Origin: Hydrurus foetidus
Taxonomy: Eukaryota
Direction of reading: 5' to 3'
NCBI GenBank assembly: GCA_900617105.1
Contig: UYFQ01000001.1
Location: forward strand, 62,001-126,000
DNA length: 64,000 nucleotides
Every line of letters begins with the position of its first letter. The first letter of the stretch is position 1. The notes under the pieces were generated by a model that was not told where the DNA came from, made no database searches, and saw nothing but the letters and a program-made list of their open reading frames with translations. Below, piece after piece: positions 1 to 9,447 of this stretch. The position numbers were made by a program, and so were the translations under genes.

Positions 1-912
1 ATGGCCGCCGCCGCGCGTCACCATTACCAGCCCGATGCCCGCGCCCGAGGCTTGGCGCTGGGGTTGACCGATGCTGTGGGCATCGTTTTCCCCATCACGC
101 CGGGGGACTTGGGTGATGTGCAGTTTTTAGAGGTAGCGAACGCAATGAGCGAGCGCTTCACGCAAGCTGGGCTGGATTTGCTCATCATCTCGGCCCCCGC
201 CAAAGACGAACTGGCCACCTATAAGCGTGCCATCACCGGGCGGCGTGTCGGTGCTTTCGTGGTGCCCCGCACCCGCGTACAAGACGACCGGCTGGCCTTG
301 CTGCAACAAAGCAACGTGCCCTTTGTGGCCTATGGTCGCAGCGCTGGCTGTACCGCACCCTATGCCTGGTTCGATTTTGACAACGTGGCCGGTGCCCGCA
401 TGGCGACAGAGCGCCTCGTGGGCTTGGGCCACCAGCGTGTGGGCTACCTGGGCGCTTCACCTGAATACAACTTTGCCGACCAGCGTTTTCAGGGCTTCAC
501 CATGGCCATGCAGGGCGCAGGCTTTCTCCCTGACGCCGATGCGGTACAGCGCACCGCCTTAGACAAGCGCTCAGGCTACGCCGCCATGCAACGCCTGCTG
601 GCCCTGCCCGAGCCCCCCACTGCCGTAGTGGTGGACAACCACCTCGCTGGCGTGGGTGCGGTTCACGCCGCGCTACAAGCCGGCTGCATGCTGGGGCAAG
701 ATTTATCACTGATCGTCTATGACGGCGTAGGCCCCGACTCGGTGATCCACAGTGCCATCACGTCGATTGAGCAGCCCACCCCCAGCTTGGTGGGCTTTGT
801 GCTGGCCGAATTGGTACTGGCCCGCCTGCGCGGCGAAGCGCCTGAGATGCTGCAACGCCTGCGCATGCCGGTGCTGCTGGTAGGCGACAGCGATGGGCCA
901 CCTCGGGGGTAA
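1..912 (+). CDS. LacI-family transcriptional regulator (5' truncated by window edge)
   Basis: Begins at the HTH-hinge (YQPDARARGL) followed by a periplasmic-binding-protein-like sensor domain (DFDNVAGARMATERLVGLGHQRVG, ITSIEQP). Confidence 0.85.
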   Translation: MAAAARHHYQPDARARGLALGLTDAVGIVFPITPGDLGDVQFLEVANAMSERFTQAGLDLLIISAPAKDELATYKRAITGRRVGAFVVPRTRVQDDRLALLQQSNVPFVAYGRSAGCTAPYAWFDFDNVAGARMATERLVGLGHQRVGYLGASPEYNFADQRFQGFTMAMQGAGFLPDADAVQRTALDKRSGYAAMQRLLALPEPPTAVVVDNHLAGVGAVHAALQAGCMLGQDLSLIVYDGVGPDSVIHSAITSIEQPTPSLVGFVLAELVLARLRGEAPEMLQRLRMPVLLVGDSDGPPRG

Positions 913-973
913 GGTGGCAGGGGGAAAGTATGATTTTGATAGCTGATGGCGCTTTACTATATTGCTCAAAGGG

Positions 974-2623
974 CTATTTTGATCCTGTAAGCCGCTTGTA
1001 CATCAGTTTGGCTGCCCCTTTGATTTCAGGTTCCAGCACCTCTAGCATCTCAGGTCGTTTTTCTAACGCTGCTTCATAAGCCAGCAGCAAAGGGCGAGCG
1101 TGCCGGGCGAGGCCTAGGTCTAGCAAGGTGTCACGCACGGTGATGGCGTGTTCGCCTTTTTGGAGGATGGGGGCCAGAAAGTTTTCAATGAACTCTTTAC
1201 TGGTCAAGGCTGTAGAGGTGTCTAGCTCTTTGATGAAGAGTTGACTCAATGTTTCACGCAGATCCGGCTTGCCTGCAACAGCGAAGGCATAGCGGGCTGA
1301 TGACAGCAGGCTGGCACTTTGAGGGTCTTGGATGCCTGTTTGTATCTCTTCCACGCTGAACATGGCCTCTAAAAATTGCGTTAAGCCGATGACGTTTTGC
1401 CGTATGCGGCGGCTGCCGCGCATTTGCAGCCACAGGCGGAAAAGTTGCTCTGTCATGCGGTACTGGGTACGGCCATGAGCCGCTGATTTTTCAACCAAGC
1501 CTTCTCGCTCCAGCGGGTCAAGTTGGGCGGATACCGTGCTGGTGGGCAGGCCGGCATGGGCGCTGATTTCTGCGGCGGTGATGCCAAACCGCAGCGCTGT
1601 ACCGTCACCGGGGCGGCACACAGCCAGGGCGTGCATCACCACTTGGGCTTGCTCGGCCAAGTCTTCAAAACGGGCTTTGTAGTAGGGCGTGGTGATGTCC
1701 ATCAGACGCTCAAAATCTTCGACAGCCCGGCTGTTGGGCCCAAGGCGCAGCAGCTCGAAGATCAGGCCCAATGCCCTGGGGTTTCCGCCCGTGAGTTCGT
1801 ACAGCGCCTCTACCCGGCTGGGTCGGTCTTGCAGGCGCTGTTTGACTTCGGGCACGCCTTGCGCGTCTGCCAGTTTGTTGAGGACGAGGTGAACTTCGGC
1901 CAGCCCCAGTTTGCCCAATCGCTTAGGGATGAAGAAATCGTAAAACGCCTTGTCGTAATCGGTAAAGGGTTCTGACAGCCGCACCGAGCCGCCGATGACG
2001 ACGGGTGAGGTGGTGGTTGAGAGCGCTTCGCGCAGTGCCCAGTAGGCCGGGGCGTGCGGGTCTTTGAGTTTGCGGCCTGATTTGTCGATGCGCTGAAACA
2101 CCATGTCCAGGTTGTCCACCAGCAGCACGGGGCGCAAGTTCAGGCTGGCACAGCTTCGTTGAAGGCGTTGCAGACCTGCATCTGACAAAGGATCGGTTTT
2201 GGCCGCAGATTTTTTAGCCTGTTCAATATCGGCCATCAGCGCGTCGGCTTGTGTGGCAAGACCGAGCTTGTCGAATTCGTCAACCAGTGCTTCGCAGGCG
2301 GCCCACCAAAAGTCAGCGAGGTTTTTGACTTGGTACAGCTCCTCTGGGAAGGAGAGGGCGATCAGGTGGTCGTGTAAATCGGCATCCCGGCGTATCGCTA
2401 CCGCTAGCCGCTTGAGCAGCGTGGTTTTGCCTGCACCGCGAATGCCCACCAGCAAGTGATGCTGTGCGCTGCCCTCTCTGGGTACGCTGGCCAATTCGTT
2501 GCGTAGAAAAGTGAATTCATCCTGCCGTGCAACGAACTGGCTGACCAGTGCATCGTCGGTCAGCCAGTCAGGGTTGTAATGGTTGGCCGAGGCTGTCGGG
2601 GTTGGGGTGTCGGTGTCATTCAC
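974..2623 (-). CDS. P-loop (AAA/STAND-like) ATPase with C-terminal winged-helix segment
   Basis: Walker A GIRGAGKT, Walker B LLVDNLD, GGNPR motif, HTH-like TAAEISAHAGLPTSTVSAQLDPLEREGLV; GTG start at 2623 overlaps the upstream stop (GTGA). Confidence 0.75.
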   Translation of the reverse strand: MNDTDTPTPTASANHYNPDWLTDDALVSQFVARQDEFTFLRNELASVPREGSAQHHLLVGIRGAGKTTLLKRLAVAIRRDADLHDHLIALSFPEELYQVKNLADFWWAACEALVDEFDKLGLATQADALMADIEQAKKSAAKTDPLSDAGLQRLQRSCASLNLRPVLLVDNLDMVFQRIDKSGRKLKDPHAPAYWALREALSTTTSPVVIGGSVRLSEPFTDYDKAFYDFFIPKRLGKLGLAEVHLVLNKLADAQGVPEVKQRLQDRPSRVEALYELTGGNPRALGLIFELLRLGPNSRAVEDFERLMDITTPYYKARFEDLAEQAQVVMHALAVCRPGDGTALRFGITAAEISAHAGLPTSTVSAQLDPLEREGLVEKSAAHGRTQYRMTEQLFRLWLQMRGSRRIRQNVIGLTQFLEAMFSVEEIQTGIQDPQSASLLSSARYAFAVAGKPDLRETLSQLFIKELDTSTALTSKEFIENFLAPILQKGEHAITVRDTLLDLGLARHARPLLLAYEAALEKRPEMLEVLEPEIKGAAKLMYKRLTGSK

Positions 2624-3849
2624 AGCGTATTCCTTCGCAGCCACCACAGGCGCAAGGGCTCCAGACGGAAGCGGTAGCGGCGATGGCCTGCACTGTCATC
2701 GGGCCACCAGTAGGCATCGCGCTGCAAGATGTCGCGCAGGTTGATGAAAATGCGTTTTGCCTCCTCTGTGCTGGCCTGGGGCAGGCGTTCTTGCAGCTTG
2801 TCGAACAGACTTTCGGCACGAGCGCCCTTGGTGTCGATGGCGGCGAGTTGCAGCAAAGCCAAGCAGTGGCCCGCATCGGCATTCGTCAGCTGGATGGTGA
2901 GGCGTTCTTCCCAGTAATGGAAATCGTTGTCGCCCCCTGGTTGCACCATTTTGTCGATGGCTTGTGCGATCAACGTGCCCGCCAAAGCGTCTGGTGCGTT
3001 GCTCAGTAAAACCCGCAAATGGTGAAAAGCGGCTTGCAGGTAATAAGGTTGAGGCCACAGCACCGCAGCGATGAGGTTTTGTGCATCGGCTGGGGTCAGC
3101 GCAATGTTGTACCTTTGGGCCAGCTTGGCTAGCATGGCCAGAGCGACAGGCTCTGAAAAGGCTTCCAATCCCTCGTGCTTCATGCTGTTGATGGTGTCGG
3201 CCATGCCGTGCTGCTGCACCAAGGTGTCCAGCCCCACCGAGCCCGACACCAGCCAACGCACGGTGTGCATTTCCGGCATGGCACGCACATCATTGCGAAA
3301 CCAGTTCATAAAGCGCCTCACCCGTTGCACGCCATTTTTGGGGTCAGTACGGATGATGTTGAACAACAAAATGGGCAGTTCGTCCACATAGATCAACCAG
3401 CGCTCATCGGCCTGCGAGAGCAGGCGCAGCAGATCACTGGCGACCGCAGTCCAATCTTCGCTTTCGCTGCCACCCAGTGCGATATCTGCACCTGTCCCCG
3501 CAAAGGACAGTTTGACGGATTTAATGCGCTTACCCACGGCTTCCCATGCATCGCCCCAAACCCCCTTGGCTTTGTCGCCCAGCGTGGCAAGCGTCGGCCG
3601 CAGGGCGGTATCGAGCTTGTCCAGAAAGCCCAGCTCGTCTTGGCACGATGCCACGTTAATTTCAACGGCACGCCAGCCTTGCGTGCGTACCAAAACCATG
3701 ACTGCGCGCGCTATCGACGTTTTACCGATGCGCCGTGGGCCCAGCAGCAATATATCGTGGTGGTTCAGGGCTTCGTGTAAACGGCGGGTGTCGGATTCCC
3801 TCCCATGAAAGTTGTCGCCTTCAACGGGCGTACCTGCGATGTTGTCCAT
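2620..3849 (-). CDS. P-loop ATPase (archaeal-ATPase/AAA-like)
   Basis: FHGRE N-terminal motif, Walker A GPRRIGKTS, Walker B IYVDE, VSGS sensor strand, PYYLQ motif. Confidence 0.8.
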   Translation of the reverse strand: MDNIAGTPVEGDNFHGRESDTRRLHEALNHHDILLLGPRRIGKTSIARAVMVLVRTQGWRAVEINVASCQDELGFLDKLDTALRPTLATLGDKAKGVWGDAWEAVGKRIKSVKLSFAGTGADIALGGSESEDWTAVASDLLRLLSQADERWLIYVDELPILLFNIIRTDPKNGVQRVRRFMNWFRNDVRAMPEMHTVRWLVSGSVGLDTLVQQHGMADTINSMKHEGLEAFSEPVALAMLAKLAQRYNIALTPADAQNLIAAVLWPQPYYLQAAFHHLRVLLSNAPDALAGTLIAQAIDKMVQPGGDNDFHYWEERLTIQLTNADAGHCLALLQLAAIDTKGARAESLFDKLQERLPQASTEEAKRIFINLRDILQRDAYWWPDDSAGHRRYRFRLEPLRLWWLRRNTL

Positions 3850-3865
3850 GAGGGTTCCTTCCGAT

Positions 3866-3922
3866 ATTCACTGTGAATTTATAGTGATATAAAATTATAG
3901 TACTTTAAATTCACTGTGAATT
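3866..3922. promoter_or_regulatory. Operator-like palindrome array upstream of the ATPase pair
   Basis: ATTCACTGTGAATT at 3866-3879 and 3909-3922, separated by two AT-rich TATAGT-containing boxes; 17 bp upstream of the ATG at 3849. Confidence 0.55.
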
Positions 3923-4017
3923 ATCTCTTGCCGCCAGCGACTTGCATGATGCCAGTCAGGTTGCTTGCGCCCGAACTGGACAGTTAGACCATACGGCTTG
4001 AAATAGGAGTCAATGCT

Positions 4018-4812
4018 CTAAAGCCGTCGATGCTCAAGCGCCGGGATGGACTGCCGAACCGCTTGCAAGCGCTCCGCGCTCATCTCCCCGATCACGATGC
4101 CTTCGCCTTTGGGCAAACTGGCCACAATCTCGCCCCAAGGATCAATCAGCATGCTGTGTCCAAACGTCTGACGTCCATTGCTGTGGGTTCCGCCTTGTGC
4201 GGCGGCCAGGACATAACATTGGTTCTCAATCGCTCGCGCGCGCAGCAAAATCTCCCAGTGGGCGCGGCCCGTTGTCTCGGTGAAAGCCGACGGCACCAGA
4301 ATCAGGTCAACCTCCGACATCGCACGGTACAACTCAGGAAACCGCAGGTCATAGCAGATGGACAGGCCAACGCGCCCAATATCTGTCTGAACACAAACCA
4401 CTTCTGACCCAGCCCGCATAGTTCGACTTTCATCGACATTGCGTTCGCCGTCTTGGTACTTGAATAAATGCATCTTGTCGTAGCGTGCATGCTGTGCACC
4501 CGTTGGGTCAAACAGCAAACAGGTGTTGGTGACATGGCTCGGTTCTGTCAGCCGCAAAGGCAACGAACCGGCAGCGATCCATACCTTGTGTTCGCGCGCC
4601 TTGGCGGCAAAAAAATCCTGCATCGGGCCGCTACCAGGTGCCTCGGCAATGGCGAATTTGTCGCGCTCTGACATCCCTACGAGACAGAAATATTCGGGCA
4701 ACGAGATCAACTTGGCTCCCGCCTCCGCCGCTTGGTCGATCAGCGTTCGTGCGATGCCCAGGTTTTCATCGAGTACAGGGCTCGACACCATTTGAATTGC
4801 AGCAACAAGCAT
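4018..4812 (-). CDS. Carbon-nitrogen hydrolase (Nit1/deaminated glutathione amidase-like)
   Basis: Catalytic triad motifs LPEYF, YDKMHLF, SICYDLRFPE; RARAIENQCYV. Confidence 0.9.
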   Translation of the reverse strand: MLVAAIQMVSSPVLDENLGIARTLIDQAAEAGAKLISLPEYFCLVGMSERDKFAIAEAPGSGPMQDFFAAKAREHKVWIAAGSLPLRLTEPSHVTNTCLLFDPTGAQHARYDKMHLFKYQDGERNVDESRTMRAGSEVVCVQTDIGRVGLSICYDLRFPELYRAMSEVDLILVPSAFTETTGRAHWEILLRARAIENQCYVLAAAQGGTHSNGRQTFGHSMLIDPWGEIVASLPKGEGIVIGEMSAERLQAVRQSIPALEHRRL

Positions 4813-4970
4813 GGTTTAACGTTCTGATGGAGGGTGCCATTGACGTTGCACGGCACCCCTCCCTGTTGTAGATTGACGAGCGTGTCAGCTTGTCTTGAGG
4901 CCGATAATCGGGTTTTCGCCATCTTCTGTAAATCAAAAACTTTTTTTCAGTCAATTGCCCAGTGTGTTTG

Positions 4971-5093
4971 ATGCTCTACAGTGGCTCCATGCAGCCGATC
5001 CAGCAGCACATTGCCGTTCTCTGTGTAATTGAACTGAGTGTTGGCCGTTCGATCTTCAAGCAAGATGTGACACTGCATGCCGAGTTTGGCGGC
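4971..5093 (-). pseudogene. Internal fragment of a D-cysteine desulfhydrase/ACC-deaminase family gene
   Basis: Hand translation gives [41 protein letters not shown], matching the AAKLG..C..LLE....NY..NGN.LL segment of DcyD-like proteins; no start or remainder of the gene. Confidence 0.7.
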
Positions 5094-5200
5094 GCAACCG
5101 GTGATTTTGAATCACCGCTCGGCAGACCTGCTCCCGACGTACCCGGCGCAGCGCTATGGGCTCTGCCGACGGTGCCTTTTCAAATTGGTGCGCGAGCCAG

Positions 5201-5968
5201 TCAACCCAGGGCGGACGCGTGTTGCGCACCCGCATGCAGATGGATCATCTGCTGCGGCGCGATCTGCGACCAGGCCTCGGCATCGTCGCCCAGGGGCTCG
5301 GAAGCCACTGCCCAGCCGCCGCGTTGTGGCTTGATGTACAACGTTGGTGGAGTGTCGTCGCTGGCCCAGCGAAACGCCCATACCTGCTCACCGTCAGCCA
5401 GGGCCGCCGCGAATCGCAACGGAAGGTCGATGCCCCTGGACTCCATTATTCTGACCGTCTCGTGCAGTACGGACATGGCAGCCTCGGGCACCGGCATGCC
5501 GCTTTGAATGCGCGAGACGATCAACAAGAACAACAGTTCAGAATCGGTGCCGCCAAACCGATGTTCGTACAGCGCATCCGGCAACAGGGTCTCCATGGTT
5601 CGGCGTACTTGCGAAAAACCCCCGATCTGGCCGTTGTGGATGAACATGTAGGGGCCGAACTGAAACGGGTGGCAGTTCTGTCGTGAAATGCCGCCACCTG
5701 TGGCGGCACGCACATGGGCAAAGAACAGGCGTGAGCGCACGTTGGCGCACAGAGCCAGTAGGTTCTGGTCCGACCAGGCTGGCATCACTTCGTGGTAAAC
5801 GCCGGGTGTTGCCCGTTCGCCATACCAACCGATTCCGAAGCCGTCGCCATTCGTTACGGTTTTGGCTTCGACCGCTTGTAAACTTTGGCGCACCAGAGAA
5901 TGCCTCGGCTTGCAGACGAGGTCCTCAAGAAGGATCGGCTCACCAAGATAGGCTAGGAATCTGCACAT
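5201..5968 (-). CDS. Class II glutamine amidotransferase (EgtC/YafJ/Dug3-like Ntn hydrolase)
   Basis: N-terminal MCRF nucleophile, NGDGFGIGWY, AHVRAAT, NCHPF, HNGQI, TDSE. Confidence 0.88.
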   Translation of the reverse strand: MCRFLAYLGEPILLEDLVCKPRHSLVRQSLQAVEAKTVTNGDGFGIGWYGERATPGVYHEVMPAWSDQNLLALCANVRSRLFFAHVRAATGGGISRQNCHPFQFGPYMFIHNGQIGGFSQVRRTMETLLPDALYEHRFGGTDSELLFLLIVSRIQSGMPVPEAAMSVLHETVRIMESRGIDLPLRFAAALADGEQVWAFRWASDDTPPTLYIKPQRGGWAVASEPLGDDAEAWSQIAPQQMIHLHAGAQHASALG

Positions 5969-6203
5969 CTGAACCGCCCTTTCGCTGAGTGTCGCGCAGC
6001 ACCGTCACCATGCCAGACACGTGCTGAGCATATCAAACGGGGCGGCCAAACCGGTTCGGCATGAACGGTGCCAATGCAAGAGTTGCCAGCTCGCCTGACC
6101 GATTAGATTTAAAGCCTGACTCAGTCGTCGTATCAGCTTCGTAGCAGCGACCAATCAATTGACTGGGAACCCATCTTTCTCCAGATAGAAAAGATATGAA
6201 AAA

Positions 6204-7982
6204 TCAATGGTTATCCCTCGGCACAGTGCTACCGCGCTTGCCCACCAAAAAGTCCAAGTCCACGCCTTCATCGGCTTGCAGCACATGGTCTATATACAGC
6301 TTCCAGTAGCCTGAGTTCATCGGTGGCGCAGGCTGCACCCACTTTGCCAAGCGCGCCGCCAACTCATCATCGCTGATGTGCAAATGCAGGCGGCGGCGGG
6401 GCACGTCCAGCTCGATCATGTCGCCGTTTTGCACCACGGCCAGCGGCCCACCGGCGGCGGCTTCGGGGGCGGTGTGCAGCACCACGGTGCCGTAGGCTGT
6501 GCCGCTCATGCGGGCATCGCTGATGCGCACCATGTCGGTGATGCCTTTGCGCAGCACTTTGGGTGGCAGCGGCATGTTGCCCACTTCGGCCATGCCGGGG
6601 TAGCCTTTTGGGCCGCAGTTTTTCAGCACCATGACGCAGGTTTCATCAATGTCCAGGTCTTCATCGTCAATGCGGGCATGGAAGTCTTCGATGTTCTCGA
6701 ATACCACGGCACGGCCGGTGTGAACCATCAACGCGGGGGTGGCGGCGCTGGGCTTGATGACGGCACCGCGTGGCGACAAGTTGCCGCGCAGCACCGCAAT
6801 ACCAGCTTTCTCTTTGAACGGTGCTTCAAATGTTTTGATGACACGGGGGTCGTAGTTCTGCGCGTTGGCAAAGTTTTGGGCCACGGTTTGACCGCTGGCG
6901 GTGACGATTTCGGTGTGCAGCAGGTGGGCGATTTCTTTCATCACCACGGGCAGGCCACCGGCATAGCAAAAATCTTCCATCAGGTGCTGGCCGCTGGGTT
7001 GCAGATTGACCAGACAAGGCAGCTCGCTGGCCAGGCGGTCAAAATCGTCGATGCTGAGCGGTACACCCAGGCGGCCAGCGATGGCGATCAAATGGATCAC
7101 GGCGTTGGTGGACCCCCCGATGGCGGCGAGCGTGCGGATGGCGTTTTCGAACGCTTCTCGCGTCAGAATTTTGGAGAGGATTTGGTCGCTGTGAACCATC
7201 TCCACAATGCGCCGCCCGGCACTGCGGGCCAGCACATTGCGGCGACCATCGACCGCCGGGTAGGCCGCGTTACCCGGCAGGCCCACGCCCAGCGCCTCGA
7301 CCATGCTGGCCATCGTGCTGGCGGTGCCCATCGTCATGCAGTGGCCGTGGCTGCGGTGCATGCAGCTTTCGGCTTCAAAGAAATCCGCCAACTTCAGCGT
7401 ACCCGCACGCACCTGCTCGCTCATGCTCCACACGCCGGTGCCGCTGCCCAGCTCTTGGCCGCGCCATTTGCCGTTCAGCATGGGGCCACCGCTCACGCCA
7501 ATGGTGGGTAAATCGACGCTGGCCGCACCCATCAGCAGCGAGGGTGTGGTTTTGTCGCAGCCCATCAGGAGCACAACGCCGTCGATCGGGTTGCCGCGAA
7601 TGGATTCTTCCACGTCCATGCTGGCCAGATTGCGGTACAGCATGGCAGTGGGGCGCAGCAGCGTCTCGCCCAGGCTCATCACCGGGAACTCCAGCGGGAA
7701 ACCGCCTGCTTCGTAAACGCCAATCTTCACTTGCTCGGCCAGCGTGCGGAAGTGGCTGTTGCAGGGGGTCAGTTCGCTGAAGGTGTTGCAGATGCCAATG
7801 ACGGGGCGACCATCGAACTGGTCATGCGGTACGCCCTTACCCTTGACCCAGCTGCGGTAGGCAAAACCATCGCGGTCTTGGCGGCCAAACCATTGCTGGC
7901 TGCGCAGTGTTTTGGGGTCTTTTTTCGGGGGGCTTTCAGCGTTGTTGGCAGCGTGATTGGCCGCGTTGTTGGTGTCGCTCAT
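6204..7982 (-). CDS. IlvD/Edd-family sugar-acid dehydratase (L-arabonate dehydratase-like)
   Basis: PCNSH, GCDKTTP, GHCMTMGTASTM, GGSTNA, SDARMSGT motifs. Confidence 0.9.
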   Translation of the reverse strand: MSDTNNAANHAANNAESPPKKDPKTLRSQQWFGRQDRDGFAYRSWVKGKGVPHDQFDGRPVIGICNTFSELTPCNSHFRTLAEQVKIGVYEAGGFPLEFPVMSLGETLLRPTAMLYRNLASMDVEESIRGNPIDGVVLLMGCDKTTPSLLMGAASVDLPTIGVSGGPMLNGKWRGQELGSGTGVWSMSEQVRAGTLKLADFFEAESCMHRSHGHCMTMGTASTMASMVEALGVGLPGNAAYPAVDGRRNVLARSAGRRIVEMVHSDQILSKILTREAFENAIRTLAAIGGSTNAVIHLIAIAGRLGVPLSIDDFDRLASELPCLVNLQPSGQHLMEDFCYAGGLPVVMKEIAHLLHTEIVTASGQTVAQNFANAQNYDPRVIKTFEAPFKEKAGIAVLRGNLSPRGAVIKPSAATPALMVHTGRAVVFENIEDFHARIDDEDLDIDETCVMVLKNCGPKGYPGMAEVGNMPLPPKVLRKGITDMVRISDARMSGTAYGTVVLHTAPEAAAGGPLAVVQNGDMIELDVPRRRLHLHISDDELAARLAKWVQPAPPMNSGYWKLYIDHVLQADEGVDLDFLVGKRGSTVPRDNH

Positions 7983-8012
7983 CAGGGTATCTCCTAGGAA
8001 TTTGAACGTATT

Positions 8013-8025
8013 ATGGTCATACCAT
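8013..8025. promoter_or_regulatory. FadR-type operator palindrome ATGGT-CAT-ACCAT
   Basis: Perfect inverted repeat fitting the TGGT-N3-ACCA FadR-subfamily consensus, in the 50-bp gap between the divergent dehydratase and FadR genes. Confidence 0.6.
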
Positions 8026-8032
8026 TGGTCGC

Positions 8033-8836
8033 ATGACCTCGGTACAAACCATAATCAAAAACATGCACGGCAACACGCTGGACATGCTGGGTTTTGCTGT
8101 CGTCTCTGGGCGCTATGCCCCAGGACAAGCGATACCGCCCGAGCCTTTGCTGGGTGAGGAATACGGTGTCAGCCGCACGGTGGTTCGCGAAGTCATCAAG
8201 TCGCTGGTGGCCAAGGGGTTGGTCAGCGCTGGCCCCAAGGTGGGCACCCGTGTGTTGGCCCGCGACCGCTGGAATTGGTTCGATGCCGACGTGATCGTCT
8301 GGCAATCCCGGGTGGGCCTCACGCCTGAGTTTTTGCGTGATTTGCAGGATTTGCGCCGCATCATCGAACCCGCTGCGGTGCGCTTGGCGGCGGAACGCGC
8401 CACTGCTGAAGACATCGCTGAGATTGAAGCTGCCTATGCCGGTATGACGGTGGCGGTTGAGCAGGGTGGGGATTACGTTACGCATGATTTGCGCTTCCAC
8501 CAGGGCTTGCTCAAAGCCTGCCATAACCTGATGCTCGCGCAAATGAGCAAAGCCCTGGGTGCTTTGCTGCGCACCAGTTTTGAGGTTTCCATCACCCGCA
8601 CTGACGGCCCCAAGCGCTCGTTACCGTTGCACCGTGCTGTGCTGGATGCGGTCATCGCGCATCAGCCTGACCGTGCCGAAAAAGCCATTTTGGTGCTGAT
8701 TGACGGTGCGCATGAAGACATCAGTGAGGTGCTGAAATCGCGCCGCAAGCTGCCCCAATTAGACCGCCCAGTGCGCTTGCTCAAGGCGTCGCGTACGGTG
8801 GCAAAAGCGGTCAAAGTGACGGCAGCTGCGCTCTGA
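8033..8836 (+). CDS. GntR/FadR-family transcriptional regulator
   Basis: wHTH EEYGVSRTVVREVIKSLVAKGLV plus FCD domain (DLRFH, HRAVLDAV). Confidence 0.9.
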   Translation: MTSVQTIIKNMHGNTLDMLGFAVVSGRYAPGQAIPPEPLLGEEYGVSRTVVREVIKSLVAKGLVSAGPKVGTRVLARDRWNWFDADVIVWQSRVGLTPEFLRDLQDLRRIIEPAAVRLAAERATAEDIAEIEAAYAGMTVAVEQGGDYVTHDLRFHQGLLKACHNLMLAQMSKALGALLRTSFEVSITRTDGPKRSLPLHRAVLDAVIAHQPDRAEKAILVLIDGAHEDISEVLKSRRKLPQLDRPVRLLKASRTVAKAVKVTAAAL

Positions 8837-8865
8837 TCATCCCTTCCCCATAACAGGAGACTCCT

Positions 8866-9447
8866 CTGAACAAGCTCATAGATTGGTTTTTCAAGCTGCT
8901 GGAGTTTCTGGTGGTGGTGTGCCTTGTGGCCATGGTCATCATGGTGTTTGGCAATGTGGTGCTGCGCTGGGTGTTCAACTCGGGCATCACCGTGTCGGAG
9001 GAAATGTCGCGCTACTGCTTCATCTGGTTGACCTACATCGGTGCCATGGTGGCGATGCGCGAAAACGGCCATTTAGGGGTGGACACCCTGGTGCGCAAAC
9101 TGCCCTTGGGTGGCAAAAAACTGTGCGTCTTCTTGAGCGAATGCCTGATGTTGTTTTGCAATGCACTGTTCTTCATCGGCACCTGGAAGATGCACGAATT
9201 GCAAGTCACCAACGTCTCGCCTGTGGTGGGGCTGTCGATGATTTGGATTTACGGCATGGGCTATATCGTGGGCGCGGTGATGGCCATCATCAACGTCCAC
9301 AAACTCTACCGCCTGCTGAGCGGCCAGATGCGCGAAGACGAGATGGTGATGGTGGTGGAGGCCGAGGGCTTGCAAGAGGCTGAAGAGGCGATCAAAAGTG
9401 CCCAAAAAACTGAACAACAACGTCAAGCCCAGGGAGCACACGCATGA
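8866..9447 (+). CDS. TRAP transporter small permease (DctQ)
   Basis: NVVLRWVFNSGITVSEEMSRY, HLGVD; the AGGAG SD is followed by an in-frame CTG at 8866 (ORF track starts at 8911). Confidence 0.85.
   Translation: MNKLIDWFFKLLEFLVVVCLVAMVIMVFGNVVLRWVFNSGITVSEEMSRYCFIWLTYIGAMVAMRENGHLGVDTLVRKLPLGGKKLCVFLSECLMLFCNALFFIGTWKMHELQVTNVSPVVGLSMIWIYGMGYIVGAVMAIINVHKLYRLLSGQMREDEMVMVVEAEGLQEAEEAIKSAQKTEQQRQAQGAHA

Noticed and set aside
4962..5507. 181-aa plus-strand ORF
   Set aside because: Antisense to the GATase gene and the desulfhydrase remnant; no recognisable motif.
6378..7511. Long antisense ORFs (also 10659-11726, 36332-37237, 48316-49428, 61577-62401)
   Set aside because: They lie opposite well-supported genes, as expected from GC-rich codon bias, and show no motifs.
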